The notes under the pieces are model-generated. The model saw only the letters and a list, made by a program, of their open reading frames with translations, did not search any database and had not been told where the DNA came from. Of a DNA stretch of 64,000 bases, positions 9,213-18,857 are shown piece by piece. Positions within the stretch are counted from its first letter, which is position 1. Each line of letters begins with the position of its first letter. The DNA lies in the NCBI GenBank assembly GCA_027492205.1, contig JAOZFN010000014.1, forward strand, positions 1 through 64,000. The letters are read 5' to 3'. A program made the position numbers and the translations under genes. The DNA is from Thermoproteota archaeon (lineage in GTDB: Archaea; Korarchaeota; Korarchaeia; Korarchaeales; Korarchaeaceae).

Positions 9213-10592
9213 TCATCCGGCGCCGGCCCACAGCCCCGCCTCCTCCCGGATGAACCTCCTGAACGCATCGACGTCGTTCCTCCTGGCCCTGACCGGGGCC
9301 GACGTCACCGCTGACCTTATGGCCATGAGCCTCCTGTCCGGGGCGAGCTCGGGCCTCCTGACGTAGAGGGCTCTCAGCTCTCCGAGGCTCCTCTCCAGGG
9401 GGCGCATGTCGGGCACGTCACACGCGATCTTCAGGGCTTCCGGGACGCACCTCCTGCCCCACGTCTTCTCGATATCGAAGAGGGCGCCGTACCCCTCCTT
9501 GTAGGGGTTGACGGGCCTCCCGTATACAGCCTCGAAGTACTCACTTCTGGTCCGCCCGAACGGGTCCTCGTCCGGCCCCAGGTAGCGGAGGGTCTCCTCG
9601 TCGACGATCGCCTCTCCGAGCGCCGGCCTCAGCTCCTTGAGAACCGCCAGCTCAACCCAGAGGGTGAACCCCTCGTCCACCACGAGGAGGGGGTCCCTCA
9701 CGGCGGACAGCTTCTCCTCTGCCGCCACTCTCTCCACTCCCGAGAGGTTCCTGGCTGCTCTAACGGCTTCTGCGAGGGACCGGCCGGCCCGGGTGTGGGA
9801 GTACACGTAACCGTGCCCCAGGTATTCGTGAGCCAGGTGGGCGACCAGTCTAGCGAACCTCGGGACTAGGGACCCCCTGGCCTCCGGTCGCAGACTGGCC
9901 TCCTCAGGATCGTAGAGGAGGAAGGCCCCGAGGCCGGGCTCTGCGAAGGGCGCGAGGGGGCCATTGAGGGAGCCCCTGGCGGCGGCGTACTCCCGGAGGG
10001 TGAAGTGGACCGGGAACTCTGGAGGCTCCAGACCTAGCCTCTCCCTCGCGGCGTCTCTCATGATCTCTACGAGCGAGTCAAGCTCCCCCGGCTTCAGGTG
10101 TGAGACCGAGGCCAGGAGCGCGAGCTTGGAGATCTCCGCCTCAAGGGATCCGGGCGCCAGGGGCCTGAGTCTCACCACAGACGTGGCGAGCAGGTCCACC
10201 GGGGCGACCCTAGACGCCCCCTCGGTCGGCCTCTCCACTCCGCCCGAGAAGTACAGCTCCGCGACGGCCATAGCCTCTGCCAGGGTGGGCAGCTCCTCTG
10301 GCCGGGCCCCCCTCCCCAGGACCCTTGACTTCACCCTCGAGTAGGCGTCCCTCGCCAGCTCGGACCCCACCTGCCTGCCGAACTGCTGGTAAGCGTGCTT
10401 CGCCAGCTCCTTCAGGAACTCCGCAAGGAAGTAGGCGACCGGGGCCAGGAGGATCCCCTCGGCCAGGGCGTGAGCCCTGGCCGACTCCTCCCTGAGGATC
10501 CCCTCCTCTGCGATTATCGCCCTCCTGACCCTCGCGGGCGCCCCCGGGGTCAGGGGGAGCCTCCTGACGAACTCCTCTGGGTCCTCCCTCAC
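9213..10592 (-). CDS. Hypothetical protein, putative zinc metallopeptidase (HExxxH)
   Basis: AHLAHEYLGHGY, downstream gluzincin-like DEGFTLWVE and NPYKEGY; 4-nt overlap with the upstream gene. Confidence 0.6.
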   Translation of the reverse strand: MREDPEEFVRRLPLTPGAPARVRRAIIAEEGILREESARAHALAEGILLAPVAYFLAEFLKELAKHAYQQFGRQVGSELARDAYSRVKSRVLGRGARPEELPTLAEAMAVAELYFSGGVERPTEGASRVAPVDLLATSVVRLRPLAPGSLEAEISKLALLASVSHLKPGELDSLVEIMRDAARERLGLEPPEFPVHFTLREYAAARGSLNGPLAPFAEPGLGAFLLYDPEEASLRPEARGSLVPRFARLVAHLAHEYLGHGYVYSHTRAGRSLAEAVRAARNLSGVERVAAEEKLSAVRDPLLVVDEGFTLWVELAVLKELRPALGEAIVDEETLRYLGPDEDPFGRTRSEYFEAVYGRPVNPYKEGYGALFDIEKTWGRRCVPEALKIACDVPDMRPLERSLGELRALYVRRPELAPDRRLMAIRSAVTSAPVRARRNDVDAFRRFIREEAGLWAGAG

Positions 10593-11044
10593 GCCCCTCC
10601 CTCCACCAGTATCAGGGCCCCCTTCGACGCGAGGGACCTGGCCGCCGCCATCACGGTCTCGCGAGGCAGGCCCAGCTCCCTGGAGGCCTCTTCCAGGTCG
10701 AACCAGCCGCCGGTCCTGTGGAGGTACTCCAGGAGCCTCCTCTCGGCCTCCGTCGCGCTGACGCCTGAAAGTCTCTCCACCTCCTTGGTGAGTTCCTCCA
10801 CAATCTTCCTGAGCCTCTCAAGCTCGCGCTCGCAGTCCCCCGCCGAAGCCACTCGCCCGGCGGCCTGCTTATTCTCCGCCGGGGGCCGACCGCCAGGTGC
10901 CCGCTCCTCCCTCAGCCTCTGGAGTTCAGCCTCTAGCTGAGCGACCTTCTCCCCGAGCTCGGCGACTTGGCTCTCCAGCTCCTTGACCCTCCTCCTATAC
11001 CTGTCCAGGAGGGCGGCAACTGTGGGAGGTAGTCGATAGCTCAG
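10589..11044 (-). CDS. Coiled-coil protein with C-terminal winged helix (151 aa, CTG start)
   Basis: The frame extends upstream of the called 87-aa ORF (YRLPPTVAALLDRYRRRVKELESQVAEL...) to CTG at 11044, which overlaps the upstream TGA and follows GAGGAGGTG. C-terminus LLEYLHRTGGWFDLEEASRELGLPRETV. Confidence 0.7.
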   Translation of the reverse strand: MSYRLPPTVAALLDRYRRRVKELESQVAELGEKVAQLEAELQRLREERAPGGRPPAENKQAAGRVASAGDCERELERLRKIVEELTKEVERLSGVSATEAERRLLEYLHRTGGWFDLEEASRELGLPRETVMAAARSLASKGALILVEGGA

Positions 11045-13140
11045 ATCTCACACCTCCTCAAGGCCCCCTCATCCTTCAGCGCCTCTAAAACCTTCTTAGC
11101 CAACCGTGGCGAGATCCCGAGGGCAGAGGCCAGCTCGGCGGGAGTGACCCTTCCTCCCCGGTCCAGGGCCACCTCCAAGGCTCGGACCTTCAGCTCTTCG
11201 ATCCTGGAGGCCCTCGACCTTAGGGCGAATGCGGCCAGCCCCGTACCCGCGAGGGCGGCCAGCAGGACCTTCATCACGGCACCCACCGTCGATCCCGGGA
11301 CCTCCACGACCAGCTCCCGAGAGGCTGCCGGGGACCCCGCCACGATCAAGGTCACCGTCAGCCTGTGTGTCCCCTTCTCCAAGCCCAGCTCCGCCCTGAA
11401 GGGCTCAATCCGGCCTGTTATGGTGATTGGAATCGTAGTCAGAGTCTCTCCGAGTTCCGAGACCTGCACCTGGGCTTCGACGGGGAGATGTGGGCTGGGG
11501 GGAGGGTCAAGCCCCACGACCCCAGTGAGGGTGACCTTGCCAGGCCCTGTAGACGAGTTGACGTCGAGGGTGGCGGAGTAGACCCACACTCTCGCCTCGG
11601 CATCGGCGAGCGCCTCGCCGTCGTACACAAGCTCTATCGACAGCTCGTGGACGCCGGGCTCGAGTTCGAGCTGAACGTTCCTCTCGGAGATCCCAGAGCT
11701 TATGTTCCACCGCTCCTCGAGCAGGACTCGACCTGACTCCGTCACAACCAGCTCGGCGGGGAGCGGCCACCTGGGATCCGGCGCCGGGGCGAGCTCGGCC
11801 CTGACACTCAGTGAGTCCGATCCAAAGCCGAGGACGGAGAGAGAGGCGCTCTCAGGGGGAGGGGGGAGGACCTCGGCCTCAACCACCTGGGAGGCCACCT
11901 CCTCGCCTCCTACGCTGGCCCTGAGGGTGAGGATGTGGTGCCCCGGCCTGAGGGGTGCGTTGAGGGGTATAGCGAGGGAGCCGCCGGTCCCGGACAGGGC
12001 GGCATCCACGCTCGCCAGCTCCTCGCCCCCCTCTAGAAGGCTGACCCGCACCCTCACCGGCTCCGGGAGGCTGGGGCTGACCGAGATGCCCACCGTAACG
12101 TTGGACCCGTACCTCGACACCCTCACCTCCGAGATGGAGACGGTCGGGTTCACCTTGACGAGGACGCGGACGCTCCAGGTGCCGACCGCCAGGGCAGACG
12201 AGTCCGGGCTCCACGCGAGCGAGCCGACCGCCTCACCCAGCGTGGCGGAGAGCACCTCCGCCCCGGTCGGCGTCACGACCACCAGCTCGCCCCCTAGGCC
12301 GCCGACGGCCAGCAGGGAGCCGTCAGGGGCCCACTCAACCTCGGTTACAGCCGAGCCGATGGAGTCCGACCAGACCTCCTCTCCGGAGGGGGTGACGACC
12401 CGCACGACGCCGTCCTCGGATCCCACCGCCAGCAGGTCTGTGGGCCCCCAGCCGAGGTCCTCAATGGCGCCCGAAGACAGCTTCAGCAGGAGCACATCCT
12501 CCTCTCTCACCACAGCCACCATCCCGGCGGTCGATCCGGCTGCGAGGAGGCCGCTCCTCGAGACGGACAGGCAGGTGACCGGGGAGTCGAGCTTCGCGAT
12601 CCTGCTGACGTTATCCCCGACTAGGAGAACGTCGCTGCCCACGGAGGCGACCGACCCGTTTCCCACCAGGGCGACGTGTGAGACGGTCCCGTTGAGCCCG
12701 ACCCTCCCCACGACGTTGCCCGACGAGTCGAGGATCACCAACTCTGAGCCCGCGGCCGCCGCTATGGTACCGGGGCCAGCGGCCAGGTCCGAGACGGGCG
12801 CCGGCAGCTGGAGGGACCACGCCCACTCCCCTGACCGCGAGTAGGCCCTGACGAGACCAGACGAGGTCGATGCCACGATCAGGGAGTCGATCCAGGCAAC
12901 TGAGGTGACGGTGGACCCGAGCCCCCTCGTCCAGAGACCAGATCCCGAACCGCCGAACAGGAAGAGGGACCCGGTCCCCGTGCCGGCGGCCAGCCCCTCG
13001 CCGTCGGGACTCCACGCCAGCGCTTCGACTGAACCCCAGGCGCTCTTGCTCCACGACTCCTCCAGCGTCACTGGGCCCGCTGAGAGCAGGGCAGGCGCGA
13101 TCAGTAGCAGCGTCGTGAGCGCGGCGGCCGCCTTCCTCAT
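11041..13140 (-). CDS. Surface WD40 beta-propeller + Ig-like domains + TM helix + cytoplasmic wHTH
   Basis: Signal peptide MRKAAAALTTLLLIAPALLSA, repeated LAWSPDG..LAVG blades, beta-rich Ig-like repeats, TM VLLAALAGTGLAAFAL, then GGRVTPAELASALGIS. Confidence 0.8.
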   Translation of the reverse strand: MRKAAAALTTLLLIAPALLSAGPVTLEESWSKSAWGSVEALAWSPDGEGLAAGTGTGSLFLFGGSGSGLWTRGLGSTVTSVAWIDSLIVASTSSGLVRAYSRSGEWAWSLQLPAPVSDLAAGPGTIAAAAGSELVILDSSGNVVGRVGLNGTVSHVALVGNGSVASVGSDVLLVGDNVSRIAKLDSPVTCLSVSRSGLLAAGSTAGMVAVVREEDVLLLKLSSGAIEDLGWGPTDLLAVGSEDGVVRVVTPSGEEVWSDSIGSAVTEVEWAPDGSLLAVGGLGGELVVVTPTGAEVLSATLGEAVGSLAWSPDSSALAVGTWSVRVLVKVNPTVSISEVRVSRYGSNVTVGISVSPSLPEPVRVRVSLLEGGEELASVDAALSGTGGSLAIPLNAPLRPGHHILTLRASVGGEEVASQVVEAEVLPPPPESASLSVLGFGSDSLSVRAELAPAPDPRWPLPAELVVTESGRVLLEERWNISSGISERNVQLELEPGVHELSIELVYDGEALADAEARVWVYSATLDVNSSTGPGKVTLTGVVGLDPPPSPHLPVEAQVQVSELGETLTTIPITITGRIEPFRAELGLEKGTHRLTVTLIVAGSPAASRELVVEVPGSTVGAVMKVLLAALAGTGLAAFALRSRASRIEELKVRALEVALDRGGRVTPAELASALGISPRLAKKVLEALKDEGALRRCEI

Positions 13141-13206
13141 CGGGCCACCCAGAGCTTCCCCATGTTAAGGGTTATCCGGCGATGGCCTTCGGATCTGGGC
13201 CAGAGA

Positions 13207-13653
13207 TCAGGCGTCTGGGTCGTCTGCCTTCCTCACATAGAGGATGTTCTCCGCGACCTGATACCCGAGCTTCCTGAAGAGGTTCAGGGAGGGTTCGTTC
13301 CGCCCTTCGATCAGGGCTGAGATCACGTGCGCGCCCCTCTCGCGGAGGATCCTCTCAGCCTCCCGGACGAGGGCCGAGGCGATCCCCCTCCTCCTGTAGT
13401 CCGGGTGAACTGCCAGCCGATTTATCCACCCCTTGCGGCCGTCGAAGGTTGCGATCACGGCTCCTATCAGCCTTCCCCCGTCGTAGGCGCCGACGAAGCC
13501 CCAGGGAAACTCCTCCATCTGCCTCCTCAGACTCTCTGGGCTGTCCCTGCCCTTGGGCTTGTGCGGCAGGCCGGCCTCCCTCCAGAGCCTCAGGAGATCG
13601 TCGACCTCCTCCCGCGTGATCCTCCGAAACCTGACCACGGTCAGCCCCTCCAC
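13207..13653 (-). CDS. GNAT N-acetyltransferase
   Basis: DGRKGWINRLAVHPDYRRRGIA, NEPSLNLFRKLGY; probable GTG start at 13653. Confidence 0.88.
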   Translation of the reverse strand: MEGLTVVRFRRITREEVDDLLRLWREAGLPHKPKGRDSPESLRRQMEEFPWGFVGAYDGGRLIGAVIATFDGRKGWINRLAVHPDYRRRGIASALVREAERILRERGAHVISALIEGRNEPSLNLFRKLGYQVAENILYVRKADDPDA

Positions 13654-13741
13654 GGCAAATGCGTTAATTCTTTTCCCGCCGAGTCTGGAGGTGGCGAGAA
13701 GGGTGACTGGTCTGCTGGACCGGCTCAGGGCCTCCCTGAAG

Positions 13742-13927
13742 ATGCTTCCCAGGTGTGCGAACTGCGGCAGACCCATAGAGGGAAGCCTTTTCTAGTTGAG
13801 GGGAAGAAAGTTCTGCACAAGGGCCTGCAAAGATGCGTACAGAAGGTCGCACCCTCAAAAGAGATCCGAGGGTAGGTCACGAGCGAGGTTGTCGCGGGAC
13901 GCGTTCGCCGCGGTGTGCTGGAGGTAG
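13742..13927 (+). pseudogene. Small TRASH/YHS-like metal-binding protein interrupted by an in-frame TAG
   Basis: One frame reads MLPRCANCGRPIEGSLF*LRGRKFCTRACKDAYRR (TAG at 13793-13795); CxxC...FCxxxC pattern. Confidence 0.6.
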
Positions 13928-13968
13928 CCCGTCATCCCTGCTGGTCTGACCCGTGACCCTGCGTCAGG

Positions 13969-14556
13969 TCACCGAGTTCCGGCGGTCATCCACCTGCTGA
14001 GCCCCGAACACAGGGGCTCCGACGCCTTCTTCACCCCCCTGTAGACCCGGTAGGCGTAGTAGGCCGTCGCCCCCGTCATCGTGGCCAGCCCGAGAGCTCG
14101 GATCCCGTAGGCCAGGGCCGCCGAGGACACCGAGGCCGCAGCCGCCCCGGCGAAGGACACGAGCGGGGCTGGCGCTACGGTGCAGCACGTGGTCACGGTT
14201 ACGGCGGAGGCAACCCCTACAGAGGCTGAGGAAACCCCCAACTTGCCCAGCGACCGCTCGACCGCAGAGTAAAGGCCTAGGGTGAGACTGAGGACAACTA
14301 GGAGGGCGAACTCCGGCCACCCGAGTAGGAGTGTTGGGTTCTCCTCGCCCGGAAAGCTCACCGCCAGGGCCGCGCCCTCCTCCGCGACGCCGAGGCCGCT
14401 CGGCGGTGACCCGAAGATTAAGGCTCCAACCGCGGCCAGGATGACGACCGGTATTAGAAGCGTTGAGAGTGAGCTCAGGGCGAACCTGCCCGCCGCCGAC
14501 GTCACGGCGGACTTGAGCAGGCCCACGTACCTGCCCATGCAGCCCGACATTCTCAC
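13969..14556 (-). CDS. Small multi-TM membrane protein with a CC motif (possible metal transport accessory)
   Basis: About 4 hydrophobic segments; VTTCCTVAPAP; divergent from the P1B ATPase. Confidence 0.55.
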   Translation of the reverse strand: MRMSGCMGRYVGLLKSAVTSAAGRFALSSLSTLLIPVVILAAVGALIFGSPPSGLGVAEEGAALAVSFPGEENPTLLLGWPEFALLVVLSLTLGLYSAVERSLGKLGVSSASVGVASAVTVTTCCTVAPAPLVSFAGAAAASVSSAALAYGIRALGLATMTGATAYYAYRVYRGVKKASEPLCSGLSRWMTAGTR

Positions 14557-14764
14557 CCGATGCGGAGGTTAGTCGGTATATATAGGCAGGCGCCGCAGCG
14601 CTTCGGAGCCCTCAGGCCGTCGCGGAGGCCGCCTGCTTCGGCGGGAGTTCACACATGTAATATTAGCCCTACGTGGTCCCACTGGGAGAGTTAGGCGTCA
14701 TAGAGGGGAGTTTTCACCGGACATCACTTATTTCCCGATCCCAGTGGGCTGGTAGGGAGAGGCC

Positions 14765-16621
14765 ATGAGCGATCAGGAGGGGCACCGGGAGGGCGGCCAC
14801 GACGGCGGGGAGAAGCTGACCTGGCTGACGATATCCGCCATGGCCTTCGGCTCGGCCGCCCTGCACTGGCTGGGAGTCGAAGGCCTTGAGGCGTACACCC
14901 TCCCTCCTGTCACCGCGGCCATCGGGCTATACACCCTCTACGAGGTGATCTCGAAGCGCGAGCTGGAGATCGAGCACGGAGTGGCCGCCCTGATGATGAT
15001 AGTGGGCGTCATCACCTACCGTCTGAACCTGCACGTAGAGGGAGAACTCGTACTCGGCCTGTACGGCACGGCGGAGCTGCTGGAGCACTACGCCGTGGAG
15101 AGGGCGGAGTCGGGGATAAGGTACCTGATCGAGCTGATGCCCAGATCCGCTAAGGTCGTGAGGGAGGGGGAGGTCCGAGAGGTGGACCCCTCCGAGATCC
15201 GGCCTGGGGACACTGTACTGGTCGCGCGCGGGGAGAGGGTCCCCGTCGACGGGCTGGTGGTCGATGGCAGGGGAAGTGTGGACCAATCCATCGTTACCGG
15301 GGAGCCCCTCCCGGTGGAGGTTGCCGAGGGGAGCTACGTCTACGCCGGGTCCCTGGTCGAGGATGGCTCCCTCGTGGTGAGGGCCCTCAAGGCTGGCGGC
15401 GACACCCTGCTATCGAAGATGCTCACCCTGGTGAACAAGTTCCGTCAGGAGAAGTCCTCAAGTGAGAGGCTGGTCCACAGGTTCTCGAGGATCTACCTCC
15501 CGGCAATGCTCGCCCTCGCCCTCCTCTCAACCGCCTTTCTGGGTCTGGAGCGCTCCATAGTTCTCATAGCCGTGGCATGCCCAAGCGCCTTCCTCGTGGC
15601 GATACCCGCGACGATGCTGTCCTCCTTGGCGGCGTCGGCGAGGAGAGGGGTCTTGTTCAAGGGTACTCCGCCGATCGAGCGGGCCGCCAAGGTAAGGGTC
15701 GTGGCGCTAGACAAGACTGGGACCCTCACGCTCGGCAGGCCCGTAGTAAGGCGGATCGTGAGCCTGGAGGGATTTGCGGGGGAAGAGGTGCTCAGGCTCG
15801 CGGCCTCCCTAGAGTTGGCGTCGGAGCATCCCCTCGCGAGGGCGATCGTGAAGGAGGCCAGGCGAAGGGGGTTGCGGCTCTCGGTTCCGGGTTCTGTGAG
15901 GGAGTTCCCCGGCGCGGGTATCGAGGGCGTCGTCGACGGCCGTGCGGTGATCGTCGGGCGGCCGGAGTTCCTCGCTGGCAGGGGGATCGAGCCGCCACCC
16001 CTCTCCCCCAACGGTATGCTGGTGATGGTTGCAGTAGACGGCTCAGTCTGTGGGGCGCTCGAACTAGGGGACGAGGTGAACCCAGACTCTGCCGATGTGG
16101 TGAGGAGACTGGTCGAGAGCGGACTCCACGTGGTGGTCCTCACAGGCGACAGGAGGGAGAGCGCCGAGCCGATAGTTGAGTCCCTGGGCGTGGGAGAGTT
16201 CTACGCCGACCTGACCCCCGAGGACAAGTATCAGATAATTGAGGACTTGCGGGAGAGGTATGGCCCGGTCGCCATGGTGGGAGACGGCATAAACGACGCG
16301 CCCGCGCTGGCCAGGGCCGACGTGGGGTTCGCGGTGGGGGGAATCGACGCGGCCATCGAGGCGGGAGATGTGGTCCTCGTCTCTGGGCTCAAGAGGCTGC
16401 CTTGGGCTATCAAGATCTCCAAGATCACCGTCTCTAAGGCGTGGCAGAACCTCGCGATAATCCTCGCCGCAAAGTCAGCCGCGGCCCTGCTCGGGCTTTC
16501 CGGGGTACTGCCCCTGTGGGCGGCCGTGGCCATCGGGGACGACGGCGGGCTCGCCATAACCTCGCTGAACGCTGTTTTGGGGCTCAGGAAGCTGCTGTCG
16601 AATGACAGATCGGGTATCTGA
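14765..16621 (+). CDS. Heavy-metal-translocating P1B-type ATPase (Zn/Cd-like, no N-terminal metal-binding domain)
   Basis: TGE, ACPSAF, DKTGTLT, SEHPLA, TGD, GDGINDAPALA. Confidence 0.93.
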   Translation: MSDQEGHREGGHDGGEKLTWLTISAMAFGSAALHWLGVEGLEAYTLPPVTAAIGLYTLYEVISKRELEIEHGVAALMMIVGVITYRLNLHVEGELVLGLYGTAELLEHYAVERAESGIRYLIELMPRSAKVVREGEVREVDPSEIRPGDTVLVARGERVPVDGLVVDGRGSVDQSIVTGEPLPVEVAEGSYVYAGSLVEDGSLVVRALKAGGDTLLSKMLTLVNKFRQEKSSSERLVHRFSRIYLPAMLALALLSTAFLGLERSIVLIAVACPSAFLVAIPATMLSSLAASARRGVLFKGTPPIERAAKVRVVALDKTGTLTLGRPVVRRIVSLEGFAGEEVLRLAASLELASEHPLARAIVKEARRRGLRLSVPGSVREFPGAGIEGVVDGRAVIVGRPEFLAGRGIEPPPLSPNGMLVMVAVDGSVCGALELGDEVNPDSADVVRRLVESGLHVVVLTGDRRESAEPIVESLGVGEFYADLTPEDKYQIIEDLRERYGPVAMVGDGINDAPALARADVGFAVGGIDAAIEAGDVVLVSGLKRLPWAIKISKITVSKAWQNLAIILAAKSAAALLGLSGVLPLWAAVAIGDDGGLAITSLNAVLGLRKLLSNDRSGI

Positions 16622-16888
16622 GTAACGGATACGGTCAAAATTGAATCTACTTTTTCCGCCTGATAGAGAACCTTATCACATCCCCTCAAGCCGCTGAACG
16701 GCTAGAATCTCGTGGCCCCGCGACTTTGCCCAGGCTGGAATGTCCGCGATGGGTCCTGGGTCCGTGGCTCGGGTCTGCAGGGGCTCGGAGAGATGTGTGG
16801 GCGGAAAAAGCGTGTCCAGATCTAAACATATGTATAGCTTAATAGCCTTAAATAATCTCGGAGGTGTCGGCAAGGTTGGTGACCGCAT

Positions 16889-17122
16889 TTGGCCACTATC
16901 CAAGTTGACGCGAGGGGAATGGCATGCCCCGGACCGATCTCTGCGCTGACCAAGGCATACAGGAAGGCGAAGAACGGCGACGTTATAGAGGTCCTCGCCA
17001 CGGATCCAGGCTTCAAGCCCGATGTGCAGGCATGGATCTCCCGCACTGGCAACGAGCTGGTTGAACTCAAGGACGAGGGCGGGGTTATCAAAGCCGTCAT
17101 AAAGGTCACGGCGAAGAAGTGA
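16889..17122 (+). CDS. tusA: Sulfur carrier TusA family
   Basis: VDARGMACPGP, EVLATDPG; TTG start after an AT-rich TATA region (about 16822-16856). Confidence 0.9.
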   Translation: MATIQVDARGMACPGPISALTKAYRKAKNGDVIEVLATDPGFKPDVQAWISRTGNELVELKDEGGVIKAVIKVTAKK

Positions 17123-17199
17123 TGGGTCCAGCTCCTCCCCCATCTTTTTCACAACTCCGCCCAACACTCTCTTCGCAAAAAGGTAGGAGGGGGGCGCGG

Positions 17200-17628
17200 T
17201 CAGTCCTGCTGAGCTCCTCGGAGCGATCTCCCCACAGCCTTAAGGACGTTCAGGGTGAACCCGAGACCTCTTCTGATGTCGGGGTCTCTGAGGGACGTGG
17301 CAAGGCCAATGAGCCCCACGGGTTTGCTCTCCTCCGTGACAGCGCTCGAGACGGCCGAAATCAGGTCGCCCAACCTGTCCAAGGAGTCGTAGTCGACCTC
17401 GCCCAGCAGGCCCGTGAGCCTGTCTACGTTGTCGAGCGCCTTCAGCGTGCCGGTGTTCAAGAGCAGCCCTGCCAGTCCGCCCACCACATCCTCGGACAGG
17501 ATATCCGAGACTGCGTCAAGCAGGCCCAGCTCGTTCAACCTCTTGAGCAGGCCCACGAACTTGACGAGTGCCTCGGCCCCCTCCTCGTCTATCCTGACGG
17601 AACCGACCTCCAAATTGCGCGCCACCAA
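17200..17628 (-). CDS. DUF1641-like protein (SQR partner)
   Basis: LNELGLLD...KPVGLIGLATSLRDPDIRRGLGF; directly downstream of SQR. Confidence 0.85.
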   Translation of the reverse strand: MVARNLEVGSVRIDEEGAEALVKFVGLLKRLNELGLLDAVSDILSEDVVGGLAGLLLNTGTLKALDNVDRLTGLLGEVDYDSLDRLGDLISAVSSAVTEESKPVGLIGLATSLRDPDIRRGLGFTLNVLKAVGRSLRGAQQD

Positions 17629-17631
17629 AGC

Positions 17632-18822
17632 TCACCACCCGCCCAGCCTCTCCAGAACCTCAGGCTCGGTTGCCCTGAAGTAGGCCTCGAAGACCGGGCC
17701 CCAGAACCCTGGGTTCCTGATGCTGCTCCAGTATGCGGCCACGAACAGGTCCTCCATGAATCTCTTGAACTTGGACAGCCTCACCGGCACTGGTGGATGT
17801 TCGTAGTCGCTGATCACGAACGTCCCCAGCCCGTCCAGTATGATGGGGCAGTTAGTCCTCCCAGTGTACCGCGCGTCCATCCCCATTATCCTCTTGGCGA
17901 CAGTCTCGGCCTGGAGGTGCGCCGTGACCCCGCTCTTCGACGTCGGGGCGTTGGTGCAGTCGCCGATCGCGAAGGCGTCGTCGTACCCCTCAACTTGGCT
18001 GGTGAACTTGTCGATCTTCAGGAATCCGCTCCCGTCCCTGACGGCGTCGGGGCGGATCTCGATCTTGGGTCCCTCGTTGGGGGGCACCACGGTGGCAACG
18101 TCGAACTTCAGCTCCTCTCCCTCGAGGCTGACTATCTTCCTCCCCTCCAAGTCGATCTGGTCCGCCGTGAAGATCGTCCTCACCTCTATCCCCCTGGCCT
18201 CGAGTTCAGGCTCCACGACGTCGCTGACGGTCTTCGAGGGGTAGGCGTGAGGGAAGGGGACTGCCAACACGACCCTGACTGAGCTCGACCTCCCCATCCT
18301 ATTCAGGAGTTCCCTTGAGAGGAAGGCGGCCTTGAGCGGTCCCGGCGGGCACTTGTAGATAGGGTCGGCCACCGCTATAACGAAAGTGCCGCTCTTAAGT
18401 CCCCTCAGGGACTCATGAAGTTTCACAGCCATCTCCTGGGTGTGGTAGTAGTCGCCGAACGTGTTCAGGAGAGCCTCGTGATTCTCCAGGGCCGAGTAGT
18501 CAAGGTGGACGCCCGCGGCTATGATCAAGCGGTCATAGTTCAACTCCCTTCCGCTGGCAGTAACCACCTCCCTCTCGTCAAGGTCAATGGAAGCGACCTC
18601 GTCGCGAACGAAATCCACTCTGGGCTTGAGAAGGTCTGCGATCCTCCTCCTATAGAGGGTGGGGCCCTTACCCTGAAAGGCTATGAACAGGTTCCCGGGC
18701 TGGAAGTAGTGGTACTCGCTGCGGTCAATGACGGTGACATCGAACTTGCCAGCGAGGAGGTTGGCCGCTATGGCCCCACCCCCTCCCCCACCGACTATCA
18801 CAACTTTGCCCCCTTCAGCCAA
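17632..18822 (-). CDS. sqr: Sulfide:quinone oxidoreductase-like FAD-dependent oxidoreductase
   Basis: VVIVGGGGGG FAD motif, YKCPPGP, AIGDCTNAPTSKSG, RTNCP; probable TTG start at 18822. Confidence 0.85.
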   Translation of the reverse strand: MAEGGKVVIVGGGGGGAIAANLLAGKFDVTVIDRSEYHYFQPGNLFIAFQGKGPTLYRRRIADLLKPRVDFVRDEVASIDLDEREVVTASGRELNYDRLIIAAGVHLDYSALENHEALLNTFGDYYHTQEMAVKLHESLRGLKSGTFVIAVADPIYKCPPGPLKAAFLSRELLNRMGRSSSVRVVLAVPFPHAYPSKTVSDVVEPELEARGIEVRTIFTADQIDLEGRKIVSLEGEELKFDVATVVPPNEGPKIEIRPDAVRDGSGFLKIDKFTSQVEGYDDAFAIGDCTNAPTSKSGVTAHLQAETVAKRIMGMDARYTGRTNCPIILDGLGTFVISDYEHPPVPVRLSKFKRFMEDLFVAAYWSSIRNPGFWGPVFEAYFRATEPEVLERLGGW

Positions 18823-18857
18823 CTCCCCTCCCCCCAGACCTTCTCCGCGGGTCGTCA

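Noticed and set aside
7202-10592. RiPP cluster (radical SAM/SPASM + HExxH protein + methyltransferase)
   Set aside because: No precursor peptide found. The rSAM gene appears to have its own TATA-like promoter, the motif is HExxxH, and the methyltransferase is convergent.
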